DNA of 32,000 nt from Allobaculum fili (GCF_020969955.1 NZ_JAHDSX010000004.1:60001-92000), one strand, 5' to 3'. Positions 8,057 to 16,583 are shown, counted from the stretch's first letter. Numbers and translations are program-made. Notes: generated by a model not told the origin, from the sequence alone.

Positions 8057-9376
8057 ATGAAGAAAAGGAAAATGCCGCTTGCCGAATGGCTGTCGATTAA
8101 AGTGGCGAAAAATCCGTCGCAGGTCGTACTGGCGATCATTTTGCTGTTCAACGTGATTTTCTTTCTGGTCGCCGCTCTGATCATCGACAACCTGGCGCTG
8201 CCGGGAACGGAAACGCTTGGCTTCTGGGAGTCGCTCTACTATTCCGTCATGATGGTACTCGATGCGGGCAACGCGGATACCGTTGTGGATATGGCGACCG
8301 GATCCAAGAAAGTTCTGGCGGTCGTATGCATTGTGATTGTCATCATCGGCATGGTGATTTTTACCGGCGCCGTGATCGGTTACATTACCAACTACATTTC
8401 CGACTTTGTGGACAACTCGTGTACGGGAAATCATGCACTGAACATTTCCGGTCATCTCGTCATTCTGAACTGGAATAACCGGGCTTCGGAAATTATCAAC
8501 GACCTGCTGTTCTGCCCGACTCCGCAAAAAGTTGTCGTTCTGACCGACGGTCAGGTGGAAGAGATCAAAAAGGAAATCAGCGAACGCATACAGGATACGA
8601 TTCACCGGGAAAATACCAGGCTGCACAGAAAATGCCAGAAAATGGGATGGCTGGAAGGGAATATGTATTACCGGCGCAACCGGATTTATGACAATCTGAC
8701 GGTGATCGTTCGGCAGGGCGATGTCTTTTCTTCCAAGCAGCTCAACGATATTGCCTTAAAGCACTCCCGTGCGGTCGTCATTCTCGTCAATGACACAGCA
8801 GGGCGCGTATGCAAGTTTGAACAGAGAGATCTGGAACAGGAAAAGCAGAAAGGCAATCCGCAGATCATCAAGACGCTTATGCAGGTAGCGGACATCACAT
8901 CCAGTCAGGAATCGGATGACGATCAGAAAATTATTGTCGAAATTTCCGATCCCTGGACGGAAAAGCTCGTAGAAAAAATCATTCATTACAAACAGGTGCG
9001 GGGCAAATGCAATATCGTACCGATTCGCGTCCACGAAGTGCTCGGCCGCATTCTCTCCCAGTTCTGCCTGATGCCTGAACTCAATAAGGTCTATACCGAA
9101 CTGTTCTCCAACCAGGGAACTACGTTTCAGGTCGAGGAGCGAACGGTGTTTGATGATCCAGCCTATATCAGCGAATATCTGCCGTCCCATCCCTGCGCGA
9201 TTCCGCTCAGTTCGATGGACTCCGGCGGCCGTCATTATTTCTTCTATTCGGCTTCGGATGAGAAGTACATGAAAGTCACCGAACCGGCCCGGAAATGCCA
9301 TGTCACGGCTAAACTCAATCCCGATTACTGGATTGAGCAGAAAAACGTCATTATCCTCGGGCACAATTCCAATTAA
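8057..9376 (+). CDS. CASTOR/POLLUX/DMI1-like ion channel (2 TM + pore + RCK), apparently 3'-truncated by IS insertion (probable pseudogene)
   Basis: An RBS (AAAAGGAGAAGAAAGG) precedes the ATG at 8057. There are two hydrophobic helices flanking the pore-like motif MVLDAGNADT (compare the ADAGNHA filter of DMI1/CASTOR). An RCK-type strand, GHLVILNWNNRASEII, follows. A second Rossmann-like strand, KNVIILGHNS, begins, and the ORF then stops at 9374-9376, 2 nt before the IS terminal repeat at 9379. Confidence 0.7.
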   Translation: MKKRKMPLAEWLSIKVAKNPSQVVLAIILLFNVIFFLVAALIIDNLALPGTETLGFWESLYYSVMMVLDAGNADTVVDMATGSKKVLAVVCIVIVIIGMVIFTGAVIGYITNYISDFVDNSCTGNHALNISGHLVILNWNNRASEIINDLLFCPTPQKVVVLTDGQVEEIKKEISERIQDTIHRENTRLHRKCQKMGWLEGNMYYRRNRIYDNLTVIVRQGDVFSSKQLNDIALKHSRAVVILVNDTAGRVCKFEQRDLEQEKQKGNPQIIKTLMQVADITSSQESDDDQKIIVEISDPWTEKLVEKIIHYKQVRGKCNIVPIRVHEVLGRILSQFCLMPELNKVYTELFSNQGTTFQVEERTVFDDPAYISEYLPSHPCAIPLSSMDSGGRHYFFYSASDEKYMKVTEPARKCHVTAKLNPDYWIEQKNVIILGHNSN

Positions 9377-9548
9377 ACTGTACCTCGTAATCTGGACACA
9401 AAATAGAGAGTAACCCTGTCCTATGGACAGACAAAACAGAGTGTTCCCGATTACAGTACAGTTCTTCTTTTTCTAAAACGCTCTCGTGTCTGATCCGTGT
9501 AAATGAGACACTACCTGTATCAACTATCCGCTGCAGGAGGTAATCAAC

Positions 9549-9908
9549 ATGACAAGTCGCCGTTTTACTGATGAGGAGATCAGACTCCTCGAAGCCAATC
9601 CCAATACTCAGTTCGTTTCCGATTCCATGATCCGTTTCACCCAGGAATTCAAAGACGAACTCTGGCAGGCTCTTCAAAATGGATCCAGCCCTAAAGCCTT
9701 CTTCAGGAATAAGGGGTATGATCCCAAAATTCTTGGAGATTCCAGAATCTATAACGCTGCAGACAGGTTAGCCCGTAAGAAAGCTAAGCAGACCGTTTCT
9801 CCAGACCAGTCAAAGGATGTTGAAAGCCTTTCTGCTGAGATCAGAAGTCTAAAAGCAGAGCTGAATGCTCTAAAAAAAATTATCTTACTGGCCAATTCCA
9901 GGAAGTAG
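9549..9908 (+). CDS. IS3-family transposase OrfA (HTH DNA-binding / leucine-zipper part)
   Basis: A 119-aa ORF with the RBS AGGAGG. Its C-terminal coiled-coil, LSAEIRSLKAELNALKKI, ends at the slippery site. orfB follows in the -1 frame. Confidence 0.85.
   Translation: MTSRRFTDEEIRLLEANPNTQFVSDSMIRFTQEFKDELWQALQNGSSPKAFFRNKGYDPKILGDSRIYNAADRLARKKAKQTVSPDQSKDVESLSAEIRSLKAELNALKKIILLANSRK
9872..9879 (+). other. Programmed -1 ribosomal frameshift site (A AAA AAA) joining OrfA and OrfB
   Basis: An A8 run lies in the orfA codons CTA AAA AAA ATT. The -1 frame is open from here into orfB (KKNYLTGQFQEVEALVMNV...). orfB (9920) is in the -1 frame relative to orfA (9549). Confidence 0.7.
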
Positions 9909-9919
9909 AGGCACTTGTC

Positions 9920-10876
9920 ATGAATGTACCCAGCAGTAGATTTCGGCTGATTCAGTCAATCTGCAGTGATCCGGATAACCATATGTCTGTCTCTGAGCTC
10001 TGCGCCCTGAACAATGTCAGCCGCTCTGGTTATTACAACTGGCTGAAACAGGAAGAAGCCCGGAGAGCCCGTGAAGAGCAGGATCGCAAAGACTTTGAGC
10101 TAATTCTTGGAGTGTTTACCTCAAACCGATATCCAAGAGGAGCACAGGGCATTTACATGGGTTTGCAGCACCAGGGGATTACGATGAACCTCAAGAAAAT
10201 CAGACGTCTTATGAAGAAATTCCATCTTGTCTGCCCGATACGTAAGGCAAATCCGTACCGCCGTATGGCCAAAGCACTGAAAACCAGTAATGTCGCACCT
10301 GACCTGGTAAAGCGGGAATTTGAGCTGCATGGTCCCCACTCAATCCTTCTGACAGACATTACTTATATCCAGTATTCCGGATCCGCCTGCTATCTCTCAA
10401 CAATTCTGGATGCGTATACCAAGCAGATTCTGGCATGGCGTCTCAGCCCTTCACTGGAAGTGGATTTCGTCATGGAAACGGTCAAAGATCTGATGAAGAA
10501 CCACGGATCTGAACTTAATACAGACTCCATCATTCACTCCGATCAAGGCTGCCACTATACCAGCTACAGCTTTATTGATCTGGTAAGGAGCCACAAGCTG
10601 CGCCAATCGATGAGCCGCCGTGGAAACTGCTGGGATAACGCACCAATCGAGAGTTTTCACGGCCACATGAAGGATGACCTTAAAATCAGAATCAAGGCGA
10701 TGTCTTCATTCGATGAGGTAAAGGCCGCAATCACAGAATGGCTCGATTACTACAACAACAGACGTTATCAGTGGCAGCTGGCCAGGCTGGCTCCCAACGA
10801 GTTTTACCAGTACCAGGTAACAGGTGTATATCCGATTTCCGGAGTTACCGTTCCCTCAGAACACCTGGATTCCTAA
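9920..10876 (+). CDS. IS3-family transposase OrfB (DDE/rve integrase catalytic domain)
   Basis: The 318-aa product has the DDE triad context LLTDITYIQ, IHSDQGCHYTS and NAPIESFHGHMKDD, and the typical C-terminus YYNNRRYQ. Confidence 0.9.
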   Translation: MNVPSSRFRLIQSICSDPDNHMSVSELCALNNVSRSGYYNWLKQEEARRAREEQDRKDFELILGVFTSNRYPRGAQGIYMGLQHQGITMNLKKIRRLMKKFHLVCPIRKANPYRRMAKALKTSNVAPDLVKREFELHGPHSILLTDITYIQYSGSACYLSTILDAYTKQILAWRLSPSLEVDFVMETVKDLMKNHGSELNTDSIIHSDQGCHYTSYSFIDLVRSHKLRQSMSRRGNCWDNAPIESFHGHMKDDLKIRIKAMSSFDEVKAAITEWLDYYNNRRYQWQLARLAPNEFYQYQVTGVYPISGVTVPSEHLDS

Positions 10877-10990
10877 GGAGTTCTGAGGGGAAAAATCGGC
10901 GGTGCCCCTCCCGGAAGACCCAGTGCAGTTCGCTTAACCAAAAGACCAGTCATTGACCAGAGGTAAAGATACAGATAGTTTTACTCTCTT

Positions 10991-11713
10991 TTAAATTGTC
11001 CTTGACTTGGGGTACCCTTCATACCACTTCTCATACCACTTCCTTTCTGCTTGTTCGAGTTTTTTTAACAGAAGATTCTCCCTTCGCAGAAGTTCATTTT
11101 CTGACTCCAGCTGTTTGATTCGTCGTGAAGCCATTTCCTCATTTGTCAGATCCGCTTCCTGCTTTCGCTTTCCTCGATGGTCTTCCAGCGCTTCGTTGCC
11201 CTGGCTGGCAGCCTTCCGGACCCAGTTATAAATCTGTGTATACGTGCAGCCAAAATGATGAGCGGTTTTCTGATAATCCTTATCATTTTCAAGACACCAC
11301 TTTACCGCTTCGATTTTCTGCTCTTTGGTGAATGATTTTGCGGATTGCTTCTTCTTACGATTTGCCACTTTAGTTCCTCCTTTATTTGGAGAAATAGTAT
11401 CGGCTTTCATCCAGTCTCGGATTACTGAGACAGCAGAAATATGATATTTCAGACAGAGTTGACTCAAAGATGCTTGCCCTGAACGATATTCCGCAATCAC
11501 TTTCTGTTTCAGCTCAGAAGAATATTCTTTATTTACGCTAGGTGTGATCAATCCCGTGGCAGCATCACGCATATAGATCCCAACCCATTTGGTGATCGTG
11601 TGCGGATCAAGAATGCCGTACTGTTTGCAGAGTTCACCAGACCCCACACCGGAGATATATTGTTGAACACATTCCAGCTTGGTTTCAGGAGAAAATTTGG
11701 ATTTTCGTCCCAT
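10991..11713 (-). CDS. IS3-family transposase OrfA-like protein (double HTH); the last ~9 codons are read from the neighbouring IS, so the native 3' end is lost
   Basis: The 240-aa product has two HTH-like modules (LECVQQYISGVGSGELCKQYGI..., AVKWCLENDKDYQKTAHHFGCTYTQIYNWV) and a leucine zipper, IKQLESENELLRRENLLLKKLE. An RBS (AAAGGGAG) is present. The ORF crosses the junction at 11016/11017. Confidence 0.75.
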   Translation of the reverse strand: MGRKSKFSPETKLECVQQYISGVGSGELCKQYGILDPHTITKWVGIYMRDAATGLITPSVNKEYSSELKQKVIAEYRSGQASLSQLCLKYHISAVSVIRDWMKADTISPNKGGTKVANRKKKQSAKSFTKEQKIEAVKWCLENDKDYQKTAHHFGCTYTQIYNWVRKAASQGNEALEDHRGKRKQEADLTNEEMASRRIKQLESENELLRRENLLLKKLEQAERKWYEKWYEGYPKSRTI

Positions 11714-11782
11714 AAGAAAAGCTCCCTTTCTAGAAGAACACGTTTGTATAATTCACGTGTCTGTTCGCCGGGGAGCTTATCA
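11017..11782 (-). mobile_element. Truncated remnant of a second, different IS3-family element (orfA only; orfB missing)
   Basis: A minus-strand orfA carries its own A AAA AAA slippery motif (complement of ~11056-11062). It is cut about 40 nt downstream of that motif by the end of the first IS. A candidate terminal repeat, TGATAAGCTCCCCGGCGAACAGACACG, is read on the complement from 11782. The outer boundary is approximate. Confidence 0.55.
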
Positions 11783-12063
11783 AACTGCTTCCGCAGAAGT
11801 GGGCATGCGTTCTTCTTTCTGAGTTTTATTTTTTATGGTCTGGAAGACGATTTTTGCGGACAGGTTCTAAGCCGAATCGAGCACGTAAATCATCCGATTC
11901 GTACAATGGATAGCCCGGCTGAGGAAGGGGCAAAAAGGGCATGGGCTTTCAATTTTTTCAATGTCTGGCGTGAGAATTTCGAATCCTGTAAAGAAGAATG
12001 GCCGGAACGTATAAAGATTTACCATTGTTCGAAAAGATTACAGTAAATGTAAAAACAACTGTA

Positions 12064-12077
12064 TGTAAAGGCTTACA
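12064..12077. promoter_or_regulatory. cre-like / LacI-family-type palindromic operator candidate upstream of nifJ
   Basis: TGTAAAGGCTTACA has perfect TGTAA/TTACA arms. The central CG of the cre consensus is replaced by GG. Confidence 0.25.
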
Positions 12078-12244
12078 GATATTTACACTTTTGTGCAGTC
12101 CGAAGAAAGCGCATAAAGACACCCTGTGTTAAGTTGGACTAACCGCGTGAACGGGCCGGCCAATTGAATTCACTTTCAAAAAGAATTGCGTTGCGTCATA
12201 ATAAACACGTATGTAGATACATTCAAAAGGAGGAAATACTCTAC

Positions 12245-15200
12245 ATGGCAGAAAAAGTAGAAAAAATTTTCCAGTCCATGGATGGTAACACAGCTGCTGC
12301 CCATAACGCCTATGCGCTGACGGACATGAGCTGCATTTACCCGATCACACCATCTTCCCCGATGGCTGAATCCATGGATGCCTGGGCTAGCCAGGGCCGC
12401 AAGAACACTTTCGGTGAAGTCGTTAAAATTGCGGAACTGCAGTCTGAAGCCGGTGCATCCGGTGCCGTTCACGGTGCTGCACAGGCCGGTGTTCTCCCAA
12501 CAACATTTACCGCATCTCAGGGTCTTCTTCTGATGATCCCGAATATTTACAAATGGGTTGGTGAAAACCTTCCAGTTGTACTTCACGTTGCGGCTCGTTC
12601 CCTTGCAAGCCGTTCTCTGAACATTTTCGGTGACCACTCTGACGTATATGCTGTTCGTCAGACCGGTATCCCAATGCTGGCCAGCCATTCCGTACAGGAA
12701 GTCATGGACCTTGCCGGTGTTGCTCACCTTGCCGCCATCAAGGCCCATACACCGTTCCTTCACTTCTTCGACGGTTTCAGAACTTCTCACGAAGTAGACA
12801 AGATCGAAGTTTTCGATACAGACAAATACAAAGATCTGATCGACTACGAAGCTCTTGCTGAATTCAAGAAAAACGCTATGCAGCCGCATACGAACCCTGT
12901 TACACGCGGTGCCAACGAAAACGATGACATCTTCTTCCAGGGCGTAGAAGCTCGCAACGCACACTATGCAAACGTACCTGCAATCGTAGCTGACTACATG
13001 AAGAAAATCAGCGAGATCACAGGCCGTGAATATGCTCCTTTCACTTACTATGGTGATCCAGAAGCAGAAAACATCATCATCGCTATGGGTTCTGTAACCG
13101 AGACCGCTAAGGAAACCATCGATGAACTGAACAAAGCCGGTGAAAAAGTCGGCATGATCAAAGTTCATCTGTTCCGTCCGTTCTCCACAGAATACCTGGT
13201 TGACGTTCTTCCTTCCACCGTTAAGAAAATTGCTGTTCTTGACCGTTCCAAAGAAGGCGGCGCCCTCGGCGAACCTCTGTACCTCGATGTTGTAGCTGCT
13301 CTCAAGGACAAAGACATCCAGATCATCGGCGGACGCTATGGTCTTGGAAGCCACGATACAGCTCCAAAACACATCAAGGCTGTATTCGATCACCTCAAAG
13401 GCGACGAACTCAAAAACGGATTCACCCTCGGTATCGTGGACGATGTTACCAACACATCCCTCCCGTTCGATGATTCCTTCGTAATTGATGACGGCAAGAC
13501 AACCGAGTGCCTCTTCTGGGGTCTTGGATCTGACGGTACTGTATCCGCCAACAAGTCTTCCATCAAAATCATCGGTGACAACACCGACATGTACGCTCAG
13601 GGCTACTACGCTTACGACTCCAAGAAGGCCGGCGGCGTAACGCGTTCCCACCTGCGTTTCGGAAGCGAACCAATCCATAAAACGTACTACATCAACAACG
13701 CCGACTTCATTTCCGTATCTCTGGACTCCTACATGTTCAAATACGATCTGGCCAACAACCTGAAGAAAGGCGGAACCTTCCTGCTCAACACTTCCTTTGA
13801 CAAGGACGAAATCGTTAAGCACATGCCTAACCGTCTGAAAAAGGAACTCGCTGACAAGGATGCTAAGTTCTACATCATCGATGCCAACAAGATTGCCGGC
13901 GAAATCGGAATGGGTCGTCGTACCAACACCATTCTGCAGTCTGCATTCTTCGCGCTGAACCCTCAGATTCTGCCATACGACACAGCTGTTGATCTGATGA
14001 AGAAAGCAGCGAAGAAATCCTATGGCAAGAAGGGCGACGATATCGTTCAGCTCAACTACAAAGCCATCGACATGGGTAAAGACGGACTTGTTGAAGTTGC
14101 AGTAGACAAAGCCTGGTCTGACCTGCCTGTAAGCGAACTCCGTCAGCCGACCGGCAACGCTTACTGGGATGAATATGCAGCTCGCATCAACGGCCTCGAA
14201 GGCTACAACATGCCTGTTTCCTCCTTCACCAAACACGGTGTTCTTGACGGAACCATGCAGAACAACGCTGCATTCAACGAAAAACGTGCCATCGCCGTTA
14301 AAGTTCCGGAATGGGATCCTGAAAACTGCATTCAGTGCGGATTCTGCTCCTTCGTCTGCCCGCATGCTACAATCCGTATCTTCGCGCTGACACCGGAAGA
14401 AGTAAAAGACGCTCCGATGGAATTCGCTACGCTGCCTCTGATGGGCAAGAAAGATACCGACCTGCGTTTCCGCGTTCAGGTATCTCCAAGCAACTGCGTA
14501 GGCTGCGGTCTGTGCGTTTCTGAGTGCCCGGGCAAAAAAGGCAACAAAGCCCTCAAGATGGTTGATGTCAACTCCCAGCTCGAGTACGATCCGCTGGCTG
14601 ACTACCTCTTCAAGCACACCGAATACAAATCCGATCTGTTCCCGAAATCCACAATCAAGGGTTCCCAGTTCCAGATGCCTTACTTCGAAGTACCTGGATC
14701 CTGCCCAGGATGCGGTGAAACGCCTTACTACCGTCTGGCTTCCCAGCTCTTCGGTAAAGACATGCAGATTGCCAACGCTACAGGATGCTCGTCCATCTAC
14801 TGCGGTGCCAACCCGTCTACTCCGTTCGTAAAAGACAAAGACGGCAACGGAACTGCATGGGCAAACTCCCTGTTCGAAGACAACGCTGAATTCGGTTACG
14901 GTATGGCTCTTGCCAACAACCTGAACAAGGCGAAGATCCTGAAGATCATGGAAGACAACCTGGATAAGGTTGCTCCGGAACTGAAGGAAAAAATGGAAGC
15001 GTACATCGCTGCAGGCAACGATCGCGACAAACAGAGAGCTCTTGAACCAGAAATCAAGAAACTCGTCGCAGAAGCTGACTACGATGAAGACGTTAAGTCC
15101 CTCGCTGGATATGACCTGGTTGACAAGTCCAACTGGATCGTCGGCGGCGACGGATGGGCTTACGATATCGGATACGGCGGACTTGACCACGTTCTGGCGA

Positions 15201-15778
15201 ACAACGTAAACGTAAACGTCCTCGTTCTGGATACCGAAGTTTACTCCAACACAGGCGGACAGGCTTCCAAGTCTACTCCGAGATCCTCTGTTGCTAAATT
15301 CGCTGCTGGCGGTAAGACCACTGCGAAGAAAGACCTTGGCCAGATTGCCATGACTTACGGACACGTATATGTTGCTTCCGTCTGCATGGGTGCTGACAAG
15401 AACCAGACTCTGAAAGCCTTCCAGGAAGCTGAAGCTTACGATGGACCATCCCTGATCATCGCTTACGCACCTTGCGCTGAGCACGGTATCAAGGGCGGCC
15501 TCGGCAACCATCAGCAGGTTCAGAGAGAAGCTGTTGAATGCGGATATGTTGACCTGTACCGTTACAACCCGGAAAACAAGGAACACCCGCTCACAATTGA
15601 CTCCAAGAAAGAACCTGACTACTCCAAGATGGAAGCCTTCATGCTCAAGGAAGCTCGCTATGCACAGCTGGCTAAACTGAAAGGCAAAGAAGAATCCGAT
15701 GCAATGTTCGCAAAAGCTGCTGCTGATGCAAAACGTCGCAGAGATCGTCTGAAAGCCATCGAAAAAGAAGGACTCTAA
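12245..15778 (+). CDS. nifJ: Pyruvate:ferredoxin (flavodoxin) oxidoreductase, single-polypeptide PFOR
   Basis: The 1177-aa product has the typical N-terminus MDGNTAAAHNAYALTD. It has two 4Fe-4S ferredoxin motifs (CIQCGFCSFVCP, CVGCGLCVSECP) and a TPP-binding region (GGDGWAYDIGYGGLDH). The RBS AAAAGGAGGAAA precedes the ATG at 12245. The track ORF start at 12164 is an upstream in-frame extension. Confidence 0.95.
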   Translation: MAEKVEKIFQSMDGNTAAAHNAYALTDMSCIYPITPSSPMAESMDAWASQGRKNTFGEVVKIAELQSEAGASGAVHGAAQAGVLPTTFTASQGLLLMIPNIYKWVGENLPVVLHVAARSLASRSLNIFGDHSDVYAVRQTGIPMLASHSVQEVMDLAGVAHLAAIKAHTPFLHFFDGFRTSHEVDKIEVFDTDKYKDLIDYEALAEFKKNAMQPHTNPVTRGANENDDIFFQGVEARNAHYANVPAIVADYMKKISEITGREYAPFTYYGDPEAENIIIAMGSVTETAKETIDELNKAGEKVGMIKVHLFRPFSTEYLVDVLPSTVKKIAVLDRSKEGGALGEPLYLDVVAALKDKDIQIIGGRYGLGSHDTAPKHIKAVFDHLKGDELKNGFTLGIVDDVTNTSLPFDDSFVIDDGKTTECLFWGLGSDGTVSANKSSIKIIGDNTDMYAQGYYAYDSKKAGGVTRSHLRFGSEPIHKTYYINNADFISVSLDSYMFKYDLANNLKKGGTFLLNTSFDKDEIVKHMPNRLKKELADKDAKFYIIDANKIAGEIGMGRRTNTILQSAFFALNPQILPYDTAVDLMKKAAKKSYGKKGDDIVQLNYKAIDMGKDGLVEVAVDKAWSDLPVSELRQPTGNAYWDEYAARINGLEGYNMPVSSFTKHGVLDGTMQNNAAFNEKRAIAVKVPEWDPENCIQCGFCSFVCPHATIRIFALTPEEVKDAPMEFATLPLMGKKDTDLRFRVQVSPSNCVGCGLCVSECPGKKGNKALKMVDVNSQLEYDPLADYLFKHTEYKSDLFPKSTIKGSQFQMPYFEVPGSCPGCGETPYYRLASQLFGKDMQIANATGCSSIYCGANPSTPFVKDKDGNGTAWANSLFEDNAEFGYGMALANNLNKAKILKIMEDNLDKVAPELKEKMEAYIAAGNDRDKQRALEPEIKKLVAEADYDEDVKSLAGYDLVDKSNWIVGGDGWAYDIGYGGLDHVLANNVNVNVLVLDTEVYSNTGGQASKSTPRSSVAKFAAGGKTTAKKDLGQIAMTYGHVYVASVCMGADKNQTLKAFQEAEAYDGPSLIIAYAPCAEHGIKGGLGNHQQVQREAVECGYVDLYRYNPENKEHPLTIDSKKEPDYSKMEAFMLKEARYAQLAKLKGKEESDAMFAKAAADAKRRRDRLKAIEKEGL

Positions 15779-15815
15779 GTCGAACGTTTCGCTGAATCCT
15801 ACTGAATAAACAACT

Positions 15816-15856
15816 GGACCGATTCTTTTCGTAAGAAACGGTCCTTTTGTCGTTTT
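15816..15856 (+). terminator. Rho-independent terminator after nifJ
   Basis: GGACCGATTCTT (15816-15827) pairs with AAGAAACGGTCC (15833-15844) with one mismatch. It is followed by TTTTGTCGTTTT. Confidence 0.8.
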
Positions 15857-15977
15857 CTGAAAAATCAGTCCATTCGCGGATCGGAAAAGCGGGTAGGCTG
15901 ATGTGTAAGTCTGTGGTATAAATTCCGTATGCGGATAGATTTGAAATCCATATCCGATACAAAGAGGAATCTGAGAT

Positions 15978-16583
15978 ATGAAACGAAACAGAGACGTTTT
16001 AAAACGAGATAAAAAGAAATACAGAACATCGTCGACACAGCGGCTGAGGGCACTTTCGCTGTGTCTGTGCGGTGCGCTCATTCTTATGAGCGGCTGTTCG
16101 AATGCATCGTCCAGTACGAACACGGCCAGTTCTTCGAGCAGTGTCTCCAGCGCACAGACCCAAACTCCAAAATTGGGCTCGAGCGAGGATTCGGGTACAG
16201 AGAAAGGGAAGACCGGCAAACGGGTTCGCCTTACACTCGATCAGGCTCTGACAAAGAAAAATAAGGATGAGCAGTTTGTTCTGCTCTATGTCAAGGACGA
16301 CTGTTCGTACTGTGCCGAGTTCGATACCGTCCTCAATGAATTTCTGAAAGACCACCCGCTGACGGTTTATGAAGTATCTCTGACCCAGGCAGAAGAAATG
16401 TACATTCCGGAAGATCGGGAAACGATGCTCGAGTATCTGACCGCCGGCGTCGGTCGAACACCTGCGCTCTATTACATTGAGTCTCAGGATAAGGTCAATC
16501 TTCTCGACCATACCGCAGATAATTATTCTCTCGACGGACTCAGACAGTTTGTAGAAAAATACGATCTGGAACGGCTGAACTAG
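15978..16583 (+). CDS. Thioredoxin-fold lipoprotein (CxxC)
   Basis: The N-terminal signal has a lipobox-like LMSGC followed by a Ser-rich linker. The motifs KDDCSYCAEF (CxxC) and GRTPALYY are typical of thioredoxin-like proteins. An RBS (AAAGAGGAA) is present. Confidence 0.8.
   Translation: MKRNRDVLKRDKKKYRTSSTQRLRALSLCLCGALILMSGCSNASSSTNTASSSSSVSSAQTQTPKLGSSEDSGTEKGKTGKRVRLTLDQALTKKNKDEQFVLLYVKDDCSYCAEFDTVLNEFLKDHPLTVYEVSLTQAEEMYIPEDRETMLEYLTAGVGRTPALYYIESQDKVNLLDHTADNYSLDGLRQFVEKYDLERLN

Larger units (their letters stand above)
9379..11016 (+). mobile_element. IS3-family insertion sequence (IS150-like ends), apparently complete, ~1.64 kb
   Basis: Imperfect terminal inverted repeats are present. 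The left end is TGTACCTCGTAATCTGGACACAAAATAGAGAGTAA (9379-). The right end, read on the complement from 11016, is GGTACCCCAAGTCAAGGACAATTTAAAAGAGAGTAA. The element has orfA, a -1 frame orfB with a DDE motif, and an A8 slippery run. Confidence 0.85.

Noticed and set aside
7672-8190. 172-aa minus-strand ORF and 64-aa plus ORF (7629-7823) in the pgi-channel spacer
   Set aside because: Neither has an RBS or start context. Both overlap a terminator and the channel gene start, and their compositions look like random read-through.
12164-12244. Upstream extension of the nifJ ORF (track start at 12164)
   Set aside because: The strong RBS AAAAGGAGGAAA sits right before the ATG at 12245, and PFOR homologues begin near MDGN. 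The extension is an in-frame read-through of the leader.
12176-16219. 1347-aa minus-strand ORF covering all of nifJ and beyond
   Set aside because: It is in exact codon register with nifJ, so its openness only reflects the absence of TTA/CTA/TCA codons in a highly biased gene. The translated product is low-complexity (V/F/S-rich) with no RBS or sensible start context.
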